Assembly: GCF_023055435.1 (NCBI RefSeq)
Contig: NW_025964090.1
Coordinates: 2,542,001 to 2,606,000, forward strand
Source of the DNA: Haliotis rufescens
Lineage: Eukaryota
Reading direction: 5' to 3'
DNA length: 64,000 bases
Of the stretch, positions 25,331 through 39,700 are shown in pieces. A model generated the notes under the pieces. The model saw only the letters and a program-made list of their open reading frames with translations, was not told the origin of the DNA and searched no databases. Position numbers and translations under genes: made by a program. The number at the start of each line of letters is the position of its first letter. Position 1 is the first letter of the stretch.

Positions 25331-28300
25331 ATGCCTATTTTTCTTCTGTTCACGAATCTGCCAGCAAGTGCCATCCCAAAGGGGTTTCTGTTGGAAACCA
25401 CAAAAATGATCTCTAAAACTGTTCGGAAACCGGAAGAGGTAAGTTTAAGCAAATATGCATAGATATAGGGGAGCTTCGTTTTAAAGAAATGGATCCAGGC
25501 TGAATGGTAAAAACGTAATTTTGCATGCAACGGGAGTTTTCGCTCCCGTACTGCACGAATCCCTCTCTGAATGTCACATTGACACAGTACAGTGACTGAC
25601 AATCACAGCCAGTCTGGCCGGGGTGCATGCTTCTGCAAGAAAGAAACTGATACACCACTGAGCAGATTCAAGGTCAGAATATGTAGGTCATTCATTGGGA
25701 GCTGAAAATGAGGTCAGGTTACAGTGCAGCTTCACAATGTCATATGAGATAGATAAAACAGTTCTAACTCATTGCGCCATTGCAATGTTGACTTGGGTGA
25801 AATGCATTTTTGTGATAGAAATTTCCTCTTATAAAAAAGAAGCGATCAGAAATAGTGTGATCAAAATTTACAAAGTATCCCAATNNNNNNNNNNNNNNNN
25901 NNNNNNNNNNNNNNNNNNNNNNNNNNNNNNNNNNNNNNNNNNNNNNNNNNNNNNNNNNNNNNNNNNNNNNNNNNNNNNNNNNNNNNNNNNNNNNNNNNNN
26001 NNNNNNNNNNNNNNNNNNNNNNNNNNNNNNNNNNNNNNNNNNNNNNNNNNNNNNNNNNNNNNNNNNNNNNNNNNNNNNNNNNNNNNNNNNNTATTACGGG
26101 TAATGTATTATGATGACTGCTTGCTAAAAACTGATGTAACCTATTTTGTAAAATTTTAAAGTTCGAATAGGGATTTGTTTTATTTCATTGTTTGCCTTTA
26201 TGTTGTTAGTATTGGGACACGTGCTCTGAAAATGAATTGTTTAACCCCACAAAGCCCAAAGTGGGTGGGTTTCATCATGTCTGTGTTTCTGTGTGCGTGT
26301 ATCTGTGTGTGTGTCTATCTGTCTGCGTGTGTGTCTCTCTGTGTCTGTCTATGTGCGAGTGTATCTATCTGTGAGTGTGCGTGCGTGTGTGACTGTCTGT
26401 CTGTGTGCGTGTGTGTGACTGTCTGTCTGTGTGCGAATGTGCGTGCGTGTGTGTGACTGTCTGTCTGTGTGCGAATGTGTGTGCGTGTCTGTGACTGTCT
26501 GTATATCTGTCTGCGTGTGGGTAGGTGGGGCAGAGTGTTCTAGTCCGGACTTATGCCGGTGATAAAGTTCAAGCTCACTGAGTTACCATACCACAGTTTG
26601 ACTTGAATAACGCACATCATACTGACTTTGAGCTGACCAGTCCCCTAACTGCAGATTGTCAGGCAGAGAAACAACAAGTACAATCGTTTAACCTCATTAA
26701 GTATTGCACGGTATGGAATCAAACCACGGTCCACCCGCTCTCCAGGAAGGCGCTCTTACCACGCAGCTTGTGGTGGTATTGAGTAAACCATTTATTTTAT
26801 ATAGAGAAATGTCCGTTTGCAACTAAATGAGCGGGTTTGGTACGACTCTGCTTTTAACAGCATTACAGTTCTATCACAGCGTGTTAATCCAATGTAGCCA
26901 GAAAGCCCGAAGTGATGTAGATTATACATGTGTACCGCTTTGGTTACGGCATGATCACAGGATCACATGATCCCCATTGTGATTCCAGGTCCAACCTGTG
27001 CTGATCATAAAAGGCGACCAAACGGATCGGGTGGTCAGGCTTGCGTTATTCCCAATATCAGTCACTGGATTGTCTGATCCAGACTTGACGAGACTTTTTT
27101 TACAGGCTTCCATCATATAACTGGTGCCCTGCTGACTGCAGCATCAACAAAGTGCTTTTGACAAACCAAGAAACGTTATCAGGGTGAGCAGGGATACTGT
27201 TTGTTTGTTTGTTGTTTAACTCCACACATAGCAATATTCCAGCTATATGATGGCGGTCTGGAAATAATCCAGTTTGGACCAGACAATCCAGTGATTTATA
27301 TAATGAGCATCGATCCAAGCAATTGGAATACGATGACATGCATCAGCCAAGTCAGCATGTCTGACCACCCGATCCCGTTAGTCGCCTCTTACGGCAAGCA
27401 TAGTCGCCTTTTTACGGCAAGCATGGGTTGCTGAAGACCCGGATCTACCCCTGATTCTACCCGGATCTTCACGGGTCAGCAGGGACACTGACCCACATTC
27501 ACAAGTATCTAGCACCAACCTTTGCACAGCGAATTGCAGCACCTTATAATAAGACGGCTAGGCCACTCATGTTCCCCTCTCAGCTCAATAGGAAATAAAT
27601 TATCTTTGAATGAAAGTGTGACTTATTTTATTGCATGAATTTAAAAAGAAATATTTGAATGGATAGTTCCATAATAATTCCATGATAATAAAAAAATTAG
27701 CTTTTTTCGGCTTAATGACATAACGTATTTCATATATAATTCAGATATGATAATTCTAAATGTTAAACGATTCGGAACATAAACTAGAACTAACTAGGAA
27801 CTGGTTTTCCCTCGTTTAGTCTTCCTAACAAGGTTTGAGACCCGTGAAGATTCCGGGGTAGAATAGGTCTTCAGCAACCCATGCTTGCCGTAAAAGGTGA
27901 CTATGCTTGTCGTAAAAGGCGACTAACGGGATCGGGTGGTCAGGCTCGATGACTTGGTTGATGCATGTCATCGATCCAAATTGCGTGGATCGCTGCTCAT
28001 GATATCAATCACAAGGTTAAACAACAAACAACCAACCAACCTAACAAGGTTTGAGCATACAGATGGAGCCTGAAAAGCAAAAGCATACATGGAAAACTAC
28101 AACACATAGCAGGCGTTATGTCACGTAGGCTGAAGAATAGTTTTAACACTAGGTACGACTTGTACCAGATAGCTGGGGTCTATCATGATCTCAAGTATGT
28201 TGGAAGTAAGTATACGTAGTGACCTCTCATAACAAGAATTTGTTCAATAGCCAAGATGGACGCAGGTTACCGTATTTTCTCCATTAAACGCAGGCAGGCA

Positions 28301-31300
28301 GGCATTTTAGAAAACTTTTAAGCTACGAGGATGGGTCTGAGGATATCATTATCGGAAATTGAAATTATAAACGCAGGGCCTTGATAAAACGCCAGGGGTA
28401 AAGAGTGTCTGAAACAAAATAAACGTCCTGGCGTTTAATGGAGGAAATACAATGCGACCATGAACCTTCCAATATGTGCCAGTGCTCCAGATACGTGTTT
28501 GGGGCCATTGGGTATTCACGTACATTATCATTCATATTGGGTATTGATAGCTTTCTTTGGGTTTTTAACATATTTTAACTTCTTTGGATCCAGCCTATGA
28601 GGTATTTGGGGTGGTCAGGTAGCCTAGTTGTTGAAGCGTTCACTCGTCACGCCAAGGACCCGGGTTCGATTCCCGACATTGGTACAATGCGTGAAGCCCA
28701 TTTGTGGTGTCCCCCGCAATGATATTGCTGGAATATTGCTAAAAGCGCCGTCACTCACTCACTATGAAGTTTTTATGAACCAATGAGTACAGGTAGACTT
28801 TTTTAAACAATAAGTCTGCGTTAGATGCTGTTTCAGGTGACTTCTATATTTGCATATGTATGCGCGATGCCTTTATTCGATATTCAGAAAGGATCTGCAC
28901 AGAAATACGGAATACTTAAAATGCTGCACTGGCTAATTTATACACAATATTAGTCCACAATTGGGTTTTTCATGTATATCTGAACGCATGTGAAGAACTT
29001 CAAGGTAATAGGAAAATGGTTATTTTGAATATTGTATATGCACATATCAAGCATCTTATCTTGTGTACCTGGATTCCAAGTATTCATTAAAAAAACCCAT
29101 TAATGTCATATATGAGGTGAGGAAGTCAGGTGTCGACTGTAAATTCTAACCTTCAAATGATGTAGTTTGGTTGCTGCACTCAATCATTCACTCAACTTGG
29201 TCACTCAATTACTCTAGTTAATCAGACGCTCAACTTAGCAAATCATTCACTCAATTTACTCCATCATTCACTCAACTTACATCATCTTTCACTCAACTTA
29301 CTCCATCATTCACTCAACTTACATCATCTTTCACTCAACTTACTCCATCATTCACTCAACTTACATCATCTTTCACTCAACTTACTCCATCATTCACTCA
29401 ACTTACATCATCTTTCACTCAACTTACTCCATCATTCACTCAACTTACATCATCTTTCACTCAACTTACTCCATCATTCACTCAACTTACATCATCTTTC
29501 ACTCAACTTACTCCATCATTCACTCAACTTACATCATCTTTCACTCAACTTACTCCATCATTCACTCAACTTACATCATCTTTCACTCAATTTACTCCAT
29601 CATTCACTCAACTTACATCATCTTTCACTCAACTTACTCCATCATTCACTCAACTTACATCATCTTTCACTCAACTTACTCCATCATTCACTCAACTTAC
29701 ATCATCTTTCACTCAACTTACTCCATCATTCACTCAACTTACATCATCTTTCACTCAACTTACTCCATCATTCACTCAACTTACATCATCTTTCACTCAA
29801 CTTACTCCATCATTCACTCAACTTACATCATCTTTCACTCAACTTACTCCATCATTCACTCAACTTACATCATCTTTCACTCAACTTACTCCATCATTCA
29901 CTCAACTTACATCATCTTTCACTCAACTTACTCCATCATTCACTCAACTTACATCATCTTTCACTCAACTTACTCCATCATTCACTCAACTTACATCATC
30001 TTTCACTCAACTTACTCCATCATTCACTCAACTTACATCATCTTTCACTCAACTTACTCCATCATTCACTCAACTTACATCATCTTTCACTCAACTTACT
30101 CCATCATTCACTCAACTTACATCATTGTTCACTTAACTTACTCCGTCATGCACTCAACTTACATCATTGTTCACTTAACTTACTCCGTCATGCACTCAAC
30201 TTACACAATCATTTACAAAACTCACCCTGTCATTCGCTCAACTTACCCTGTAATTCACGCAACTGACTCCATTATTCACTCAACATACTCCGTCATTCAC
30301 TCAACTTACTCCATTATTCAATCAACTTATTCAATCATTTGCTAAACTCACTCTGTGATTCACTCAACTTACGCAAGGTGTTGTGGGGTAGTATGGTGGT
30401 TAAAAGCGACAGCTCTTGCTGAAGGTCCGGGTTCGATTCCCCAGTTGGGTACAACGCGTGAAGCCTGTGATATTGCTGGAAAGGCGGTGTAAAACCATAC
30501 TCAATTACTCACTAACTCAACTGACTCCATTATTCACTCAACTTAGTCCGTCATTTAGTCAACTTACTCAATCATTCACTCAACAAACTGTGTCACGTAC
30601 TCAACTTACTCAATCATTTACTCAACACACTGCGTCACATACTCAAGTGACACAATCATTCACTCAACACACTGCTTTATGCACTCAGCCTTGTATTCAA
30701 CTTTCTCAATTATTCACTCAATCATACATTATATAATTTTACTCAACTTACTCAATCATTCAAACAACTTACTCCGTCTTTCACTCAACTTAATAACTCA
30801 TTTACTCAAGTATATTTCAGGGTGTTGCAGTGAGGATTCATCCAGATCAGATGATGAGCCACGGGGGTACGACTGATCCATGTGCCAACTCCGAGCTGCA
30901 GAGTATCGGACACATGGGGAATGAGGAAAACATTCAGATGTCCAAAGACATTTCAGAATTCCTGCAACAAAAGCTTGGTATTGATCCTAAAAGGTAACAA
31001 AAACGACAAGGTTCTGTTTTGAATTTCTGAAGTATTTCAACAATATGTATATGTTACAGGAAATATGTATAATCAGGAAATTTGTTTGTTTTTTATCAAG
31101 TTTGACCATATGAGAGCCTCAAAAGTAATTTCAGGGAATATGTCTTAAAAACTTGAAGTTAAATCAGAGAATGTGTATAATACCTGAAAATGTTAGGGAT
31201 TATGTATATTCCCTGAGTGAATCAGACATTAAATATATTCCCTGAAAATTTCGGGGATTATACATATTCCCTGATTATACATATTCCCTATATAAATATA

Positions 31301-31624
31301 AAGTTGGTGTTTTGAGGCAGCATATCTCGCCGTGCTTTATGCTTGTTGTAAATCAAAACAACACGTGACTTAAGGCTAGGGGATTTGATGATAACTGAGA
31401 CAATGATCAAAGCAATAAATCCCAAGCACTGGGCAGATAGGTTCCCTGGTCACAGTTGTCTCCTAACGTGAATGGCTTCTTGTATTTTTATTTGTCGTTA
31501 CTTGTTGTTGTTGGTTGACAGGACTTTGGTTTTATTTATTTTCAGAAACTACATCAAATTCACCGACATGAAAGCATTTGAAGTTGGATGTGAGGGGACC
31601 ACGTTTGAAATCTTGTGGAAATAA
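25331..31624 (+). CDS. MIF: MIF-like copy 4 (subtype A), 119 aa; join(25331..25438,30821..30993,31546..31624)
   Basis: MPIFLLFTNLPASAIPKGFLLETTKMISKTVRKPEE/GVAVRIHPDQMMSHGGTTDPCANSELQSIGHMGNEENIQMSKDISEFLQQKLGIDPKR/NYIKFTDMKAFEVGCEGTTFEILWK*. Canonical splice sites; intron 1 spans an N-gap. Confidence 0.88.
26278..26520. repeat. Compound (GT/CT) microsatellite
   Basis: Direct inspection. Confidence 0.9.
27199..27477 (-). mobile_element. Short retroposon family C
   Basis: Reverse complement; TSD gcaggga(t/c)actg. Confidence 0.85.
27839..28040 (+). mobile_element. Short retroposon family C (internal deletion)
   Basis: 15-bp TSD cctaacaaggtttga. Confidence 0.85.
28607..28762 (+). mobile_element. 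SINE family A
   Basis: Same consensus, flanked by a ctatga target duplication. Confidence 0.85.
29178..30810 (+). repeat. Same intron-1 minisatellite, copy 4, with a near-perfect 42-bp dimer (~20 units, 29247-30120)
   Basis: tttcactcaacttactccatcattcactcaacttacatcatc, period 42. Confidence 0.95.
30377..30510 (+). mobile_element. SINE family A (degenerate), at a position equivalent to the 2149 copy
   Basis: ggtgttgtggggtagtatggtggttaaaagcg...gggttcgattcccc, inside the intron-1 repeat. Confidence 0.65.
31050..31292. mobile_element. MITE with internally repeated gggaatatgtataat motifs, in intron 2 of copy 4
   Basis: Inverted ends aggaaatatgtataatcagg / cctgattatacatattccct; absent in the paralogs. 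Confidence 0.6.
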
Positions 31625-32526
31625 AACAGTGTGGGCAAAATATTAACTTCAATACCTACCAATCAACTCAAATGATCCATAGTATCAGTGGCGAAGACGC
31701 ATAAGCAGCATCTATGTCATATGGCGGGGGTGTAACAGTTCAATACACGCCAATGAGAAGCTTTAAGAACCCATCACTGCAATAAGTAATATGACATCTG
31801 TTGTTGAGATGTACCAGGTGGAGCAGGTGTGGTATTTCCCTTGAACGTATTAACTGTTATTCTGAAGTAATTAGAAGAGTGCTATGAAGTGAAGTGTTCA
31901 TTAAAATAGAGTCACATTTCATAAGCCATACTTTCGTAACTAATGGTAATTTTCAATCTAAGATGGCCCAAAGTTGGGTATGCAATTTTCCAGCTTCATG
32001 TGCAACAAGTGTCATGCAGTCTAAGGTTAAGAGATATCAAGCTGTCTCGTACTTCTCCATGCACATATGAAGTCTATCTATCTATCCACGCTGAACTTCA
32101 CAGGATGATTTCTATAGAGCTATTTTTTGAAGAGGAACATTGGTAACAAATAAGCAGAAACTGACAAGTTTGATTTGGAAGTTGCATATTTTAAAATCAA
32201 ATTTATTCAATTTGCCTGTATACCCAAGAATTGTGCAAATTGTGGTCAAATAATAAACATGTGCAACTGGAAATTATGTGGTCAATTTTCTATGTGAATG
32301 AATGTTGTTTTACGCTGAAGTCAGTATTATTCCAACTGTACAACAGCCTGTAAATATGATCAGTGCTATATGTCAACCAATGATTGACCCATGGTGATTC
32401 CGGGGTTAGAACAGGTCCCAAACAACCTATGCTGTAGGAGGTGACTAAATGGAAAAATGGTCAGACTCAGTGACTTGGGTGATGGCGTGTCAACGTACCC
32501 CGACCATGAGGGTCTCATTATCAATC

Positions 32527-32890
32527 GACCCGTGAAGATCCGGGGTGGAATAGGTCTTCAGCAACCCATGCTTGCCGTAAAAGGCGACAATGCTTGTCTT
32601 AAGAGGCGAAAAACGGGATCGGGTGGTCAGGCTGACTTGGTTGATGCAGGTCATCGACCCCAGTTGCTTGGATCGATGCTCATGATATCAATCACTGGAT
32701 TGCCTGGTCCAGACTCGATTATTTACAGACCGCCGTCATAAAGCCGGAATATTGCTGAGTGCGGCGTAAAACAACTAACCAACCACAATATCAATCACTG
32801 GATTGCCTGGTCCAGACTCGAATATTTACAGACCGCCGTCATAAAGCCGGAATATTGCTGAGTGCGGCGTAAAACAACTAACCAACCACA
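32527..32890 (+). mobile_element. Short retroposon family C with duplicated 3' end, nested in an older family-C copy
   Basis: Head at 32527; a ~104-bp tail duplication; older copy at about 32385-32980. Confidence 0.8.
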
Positions 32891-33165
32891 ATATCAATCA
32901 CTGGATTGTCTGGTCCAGACTTGATTCGCCGCCATTACTGGACTACTGCTGAGTGTGGCGTTATACAACAAACACACATCAGTGATTGACACCAGAAGCA
33001 CTGATAAACTCGGTTTTAATCGTTGAATATATGTTCTGTTAATATTCTTCTAAATGTGCCAACAATCGCAGTTAGGGAGATGGTCCTGCTGGGAGTTCCA
33101 TACAGGTGGCAGAAGACCCCATGGTCCCTAGTTTAGTGCCCTTACTTTGTTTGCTTATTTGTTCA

Positions 33166-33758
33166 CAATCTCATTAAAATCAGATTTTAGTTCTCGCTAT
33201 CGCTAAACAAAGATCTGAGGACATCCCATTACGGGTCACGTCAGAACGACCTTTCATTCGACCAATCAAAGCGTCGCTTACAAGATCAGGAAAGTGAAAG
33301 TCGGAATGTGTTTTCTGATAAATGCAACCTCGAAAACGTTAACACGGGGTATTCCGAACGACAGTTACGGCCCGTACGACTGATCCCGTTGTCTATCTCT
33401 CGCTTCCATGGGATAAACATTTGAACGGAGGGGGCGTTGCACATTACGTGGGAAGCACTGCTATACAATCTCAACCAAATATTAGACATTCCGGAATGTT
33501 CCTTTGTTCAGTTTTCAAAATTTTAATCGAGAACTGTGTCAACATATTTTTCAAGCGTAGTCTGAAATGGAAGTCACCAGGTTAAAACGAGTGTCGTAAA
33601 GCTCGAAAAAGCTGCTTTCTAATTGGCTGTTGTCGATTTCTTGTTAGTCATTTCAGTGGTCGGTCAGAGTTCGCGAAAGGTCGTTCTGACATGACCCGTA
33701 ATGGGATGTCCTCAGATCTTTGTTTAGGGGCAGAAGTGTTTCTCTTTTAATGAGATTG
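33166..33758. mobile_element. MITE with ~85-bp TIRs (Mutator-like)
   Basis: caatctcattaaaa...agatctgaggacatcccattacgggtca / inverted copy at the other end; second copy at 49175; empty site at about 5600. Confidence 0.82.
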
Positions 33759-33789
33759 GTTTTTTTCACGTTGTATTGTCCTTTCATAT

Positions 33790-36700
33790 TGTTATTGTTA
33801 TGTACAGATTAATATAAAAAAAAGAAGCAAAGAGGGTTTGGGTGATCCTTTTCTGGTTAGCCTCATCATCAGGTCAGGGCCCTTGCCCCCTCCACACGCA
33901 GCCAAGACAGCGAATGGGACTTCTCCCAGGAAACGCTGCCTTGTCAAACCCACCTAGAACTTTTCGGAAAATGTGAAGACTCCCCAAACATTGTAGCCTT
34001 TTGCATTACCCAGATTGTCAGAAGGGTTGTATTCCTGGTAGCAAACCCAGATACTCTCCCAAAGTCAGTCAGCAGATTGGGAGGTACCAAACCTAAGGCA
34101 CCGGGAACAATGGGGAGTCGGACAACTTGGTATATCCTTAATCTTGTCAATCACATTAGTGTCAATAGGGACAGAAAATTCCATGATAAGAATGTTTTCA
34201 TTGATTTATTAAAAAGGACAAGATCAGGTTTGTTGGCCTGGATAGGTCTGAGGCTGTATGCGGGCCTTTTCCAAAGAATTTTGAATTGAGCATTTTCCTT
34301 GACGCCCTGTACATATTCCGGGTCGTACCATGGATTTACGTTTGTGTCAAACCATAAGCATGGCGAAGACAGTGTATAAAATGATCGAGCCACTCCAATC
34401 ATGTTGTTTAAAATACCGTGATTGTGCAAACGCTGGGCAGCCACTGACAATATGTTGGACAGTCTCATTATATTCATTGCATATTCTTCATTTCATATTT
34501 ACATTTTGATGCAAAATCACACATTGACGTTTTCGAGCGGAATGTGACTGGTCCGGAGCAGCAAACAGAAAGCCTTCTGTTTCACTTTTCAGGCCAGCTA
34601 ACTTCATCCAAGCGAAGGACGCTGCAGGGTTGCTGACCCTCTCAACACACTGCTCATAAACTCGATGCAGTGGTCGTTCAGATAGCCTGAGCTGATTTGA
34701 TATGGCACTTCGCTTGCTTTACACTCACTTCTGTACCGTCCAGCAGTACAGAACAATCAACAAAATCAACACTGACATTGAGTTTATATCCCACATACTT
34801 GGCTCGTTTAAGACAACTGTGGAATGCCTTGTTTTGATCATGAAAGGACGGGTACAGCACGAGTATTTGTGGCTTTAACTTTGTTGTGAGCGTTCAGCTC
34901 TGAACTCAGTCATTTGGTACTCATATTCTTCAGTCATTTGGTAGTTTTTCCTTGATATGGGCATTCTGGAGTTTGTCCCTAACCTGCATCCCTAAATACG
35001 TGAAGGCCTGACCTTCCACGAGATGGTCAATAACTTCTTCCCCAAGTTAACCGAATGATCTTTCCTCTTCTACCTTGCCACGTTGAAGAATGTTACTTAC
35101 ATTTTTCAGACAATCAGATGAAATGAAACACAACAATGGTGACCTTAGTTTTTCGTGTACACTATCATTGTAATCCTCTACCCATGGCTCCTCGAGGTTA
35201 CAGTTGGTATAGTCCTCAACTGTTTCCAAACCCTTTCATTGTAATCCTCTACCCATGGCTACTCGAGGTTACAGTTGGTATAGTCCTCAACTCTTTCCAA
35301 AACCTTTCATTGGAATCCTCTACCCATGGCTCCTCGAGGTTACAGTTGACGGGTATAGTCCACAACTGTTTCCAAACCCTTTCATTGGAATCCTCTACCC
35401 ATGGCTCCTCGAGGTTACAGTTGACGGGTATAGTCCTCAACTCTTTCCAAACCCTTTCATTGGAATCCTCTACCCATGGCTCCTCCTCGAGGTTACAGTT
35501 GCCGGGTATAGTCCTCAACTCTTTCCAAAACCTTTCATTGTAATCCTCTACCCATGGCTCCTCGAGGTAACAGTTGCCGGGTATAGTCCTCAACTCTTTC
35601 CAAAACCTTTCATTGTAATCCTCTACCCATGGCTCCTCGAGGTTACAGTTGACGGGTATAGTCCTCAACTCTTTCCAAACCCTTTCATTGGAATCCTCTA
35701 CCCATGGCTCCTCGAGGTTACAGTTGACGGGTATAGTCCTCAACTCTTTCCAAACCCTTTCATTGGAATCCTCTACCCATGGCTCCTCGAGGTTACAGTT
35801 GCCGGGTATAGTCCTCAACTCTTTCCAAACCCTTTCATTGGAATCCTCTACCCATGGCTCCCGAGGTTACAGTTGCCGGGTATAGTCCTCAACTCTTTCC
35901 AAAACCTTTCATTGTAATCCTCTACCCATGGCTCCTCGAGGTTACAGTTGCCGGGTATAGTCCTCAACTCTTTCCAAACCCTTTCATTGTAATCCTCTAC
36001 CCATGGCTCCTTGAGGTTACAGTTGCCGGGTATAGTCCTCAACTCTTTCCAAACCCTTTCATTGGAATCCTCTACCCATGGCTCCTCGAGGTTACAGTTG
36101 ACGGGTATAGTCCTCAACTGTTTCCAAACCCTTTCATTGGAATCCTCTACCCATGGCTACACGAGACTACAGTTGCCGGGTATAGTCCTCAACTCTTTCC
36201 AAACCCTTTCATTGTAATCCTCTACCCATGGCTCCTCGAGGTTACAGTTGCCGGGTATAGTCCTCAACTCTTTCAAAACCCTTTCATTGTAATCCTCTAC
36301 CCATGGCTCCTCGAGGTTACAGTTGCTGGGTATAGTCCTCAACTCTTTCCAAACCCTTTTATTGTAATCCTCTACCCATTGCTCCTCGAGGTTACAGTTG
36401 CCGGGTATAGTCCTCAACTCTTTCCAAACCCTTTCATTGTAATCCTCTACCCATGGCTCCTCGAGGTTACAGTTGACGGGTATAGTCCTCAACTCTTTCC
36501 AAACCCTTTCACTGGAATCCTCTACCCATGACTCCTCGAGGTTACAGTTGACGGGTATAGTCCTCACGATTTCCAAAACCTTTCATTGTAATCCTCTACC
36601 CATGGCTCCTCGAGGTTACAGTTGACGGGTATAGTCCTCAACTCTTTCCAAAACCTTTCATTGTAATCCTCTACCCATGGCTCCTCGAGGTTACAGTTGC

Positions 36701-39700
36701 CGGGTATAGTCCTCAACTCTTTCCAAAACCTTTCATTGTAATCCTCTACCCATGGCTCCTCGAGGTTACAGTTGGTATAGTCCTCAACTCTTTCCAAAAC
36801 TTTTCACTGGAATCCTCTACCCATGGCTCCTCGAGGTTACAGTTGCCGGGTACAGTCCTCAACTCTTTCCAAAACCTTTCATTGGAATCCTCTACCCATG
36901 GCTCCTCGAGATTACAGTAGACGGGTATAGTCCTCAACTGTTTCCAAACCCTTTCATTGTAATCCTCTACCCATGGCTCCTCGAGGTTACAGTTGACGGG
37001 TATAGTCCTCAACTCTTTCCAAAACCTTTCACTGGAATCCTCTACCCATGGCTCCTCGAGGTTACAGTTGCCGGGTATAGTCCTCAACTCTTTCCAAACC
37101 CTTTCATTGTAATCCTCTACCCATGGCTCCTCGAGGTTACAGTTGACGGGTATAGTCCTCAACTCTTTCCAAACCCTTTCATTATAATCCTCTACCCATG
37201 GCTCCTCGAGGTTACAGTTGCCGGGTATAGTCCTCAACTCTTTCCAAACCCTTTCATTGTAATCCTCTACCCATGGCTCCTCGAGGTTACAGTTGCCGGG
37301 TATAGTCCTCAACTCTTTCCAAACCCTTTCATTGTAATCCTCTACCCATGGCTCCTCGAGGTTACAGTTGCCGGGTATAGTCCTCAACTCTTTCCAAACC
37401 CTTTCACTGGAATCCTCTACCCATGACTCCTCGAGGTTACAGTTGACGGGTATAGTCCTCAACACTTTCCAAAACCTTTCATTGTAATCCTCTACCCATG
37501 GCTCCTCGAGGTTACAGTTGCCTGGTATAGTCCTCAACTCTTTCCAAAACCTTTCATTGGAATCCTCTACCCATGGCTCCTCGAGGTTACAGTTGCCGGG
37601 TATAGTCCTCAACTCTTTCCAAAACCTTTCATTGTAATCCTCTACCCATGGCTCCTCGAGGTTACAGTTGGTATAGTCCTCAACTCTTTCCAAAACTTTT
37701 CACTGGAATCCTCTACCCATGGCTCCTCGAGGTTACAGTTGCCGGGTACAGTCCTCAACTCTTTCCAAACCCTTTCATTGTAATCCTCTACCCATGGCTC
37801 CTCGAGATTACAGTAGACGGGTATAGTCCTCAACTCTTTCCAAAACCTTTCATTGTAATCCTCTACCCATGGCTCCTCGAGGTTACAGTTGACGGGTATA
37901 GTCCTCAACTCTTTCCAAACCCTTTCATTGGAATCCTCTACCCATGGCTCCTCGAGGTTACAGTTGACGGGTATAGTCCTCAACTCTTTCATTGTAATCC
38001 TCTACCCATGGCTACTCGAGGTTACAGTAGACGGGTATAGTCCTCAACTCTTTCCAAAACCTTTCATTGTAATCCTCTACCCATGGCTCCTCGAGGTTAC
38101 AGTTGCCGGGTATAGTCCTCAACTCTTTCCAAACCCTTTCATTGTAATCCTCTACCCATGGCTCCTCGAGGTTACAGTTGCCGGGTATAGTCCTCAACTC
38201 TTTCCAAAACCTTTCATTGTAATCCTCTACCAATGGCTCCTCGAGGTTACAGTTGACGGGTATAGTCCTCAACTCTTTCCAAAACCTTTCATTGTAATCC
38301 TCTACCCATGGCTCCTCGAGGTTACAGTTGCCTGGTATAGTCCTCAACTCTTTCCAAAACCTTTCATTGTAATCCTCTACCCATGGCTTCTCGAGGTTAC
38401 AGTTGCCGGGTATAGTCATCAACTCTTTCCAAAACCTTTCATTGTAATCCTCTACCCATGGCTCCTCGAGGTTACAGTTGACGGGTATAGTCCTCAACTC
38501 TTTCCAAAACCTTTCATTGTAATCCTCTACCCATGGCTCCTCGAGGTTACAGTTGCCGGGTATAGTCCTCAACTCTTTCCAAAACCTTTCATTGGAATCC
38601 TCTACCCATGGCTCCTCGAGGTTACAGTTGCCGGGTATAGTCCTCAACTCTTTCCAAACCCTTTCATTGTAATCCTCTACCCATGGCTCCTCGAGGTTAC
38701 AGTTGCCGGGTATAGTCCTCAACTCTTTCCAAACCCTTTCATTGTAATCCTCTACCCATGGCTCCTCGAGGTTACAGTTGACGGGTATAGTCCTCAACTC
38801 TTTCCAAACCCTTTCATTGGAATCCTCTACCCATGGCTCCTCGAGGTTACAGTTGACGGGTATAGTCCTCAACTCTTTCCAAACCCTTTCATTGGAATCC
38901 TCTACCCATGGCTCCTCGAGGTTACAGTTGACGGGTATAGTCCTCAACTCTTTCCAAAACCTTTCATTGTAATCCTCTACCCATGGCTACTCGAGGTTAC
39001 AGTTGACGGGTATAGTCCTCAACTCTTTCCAAACCCTTTCATTGTAATCCTCTACCCATGGCTCCTCGAGGTTACAGTTGCCGGGTATAGTCCTCAACTC
39101 TTTCCAAACCCTTTCATTGTAATCCTCTACCCATGGCTCCTCGAGGTTACAGTTGCCGGGTATAGTCCTCAACTCTTTCCAAAACCTTTCATTGTAATCC
39201 TCTACCCATGGCTCCTCGAGGTTACAGTTGACGGGTATAGTCCTCAACTCTTTCCAAAACCTTTCATTGTAATCCTCTACCCATGGCTCCTCGAGGTTAC
39301 AGTTGGTATAGTCCTCAACGCTTTCCAAACCCTTTCATTGTAATCCTCTACCCATGGCTCCTCGAGGTTACAGTTGGTATAGTCCTCAACGCTTTCCAAA
39401 CCCTTTCATTGTAATCCTCTACCCATGGCTCCTCGAGGTTACAGTTGGTATAGTCCTCAACTCTTTCCAAACCCTTTCATTGTAATCCTCTACCCATGGC
39501 TCCTCGAGGTAACAGTTGCCGGGTATAGTCCTCAACTCTTTCCAAAACCTTTCATTGTAATCCTCTACCCATGGCTCCTCGAGGTTACAGTTGGTATAGT
39601 CCTCAACGCTTTCCAAAACCTTTCATTGTAATCCTCTACCCATGGCTCCTCGAGGTTACAGTTGACGGGTATAGTCCTCAACTCTTTCCAAAACCTTTCA

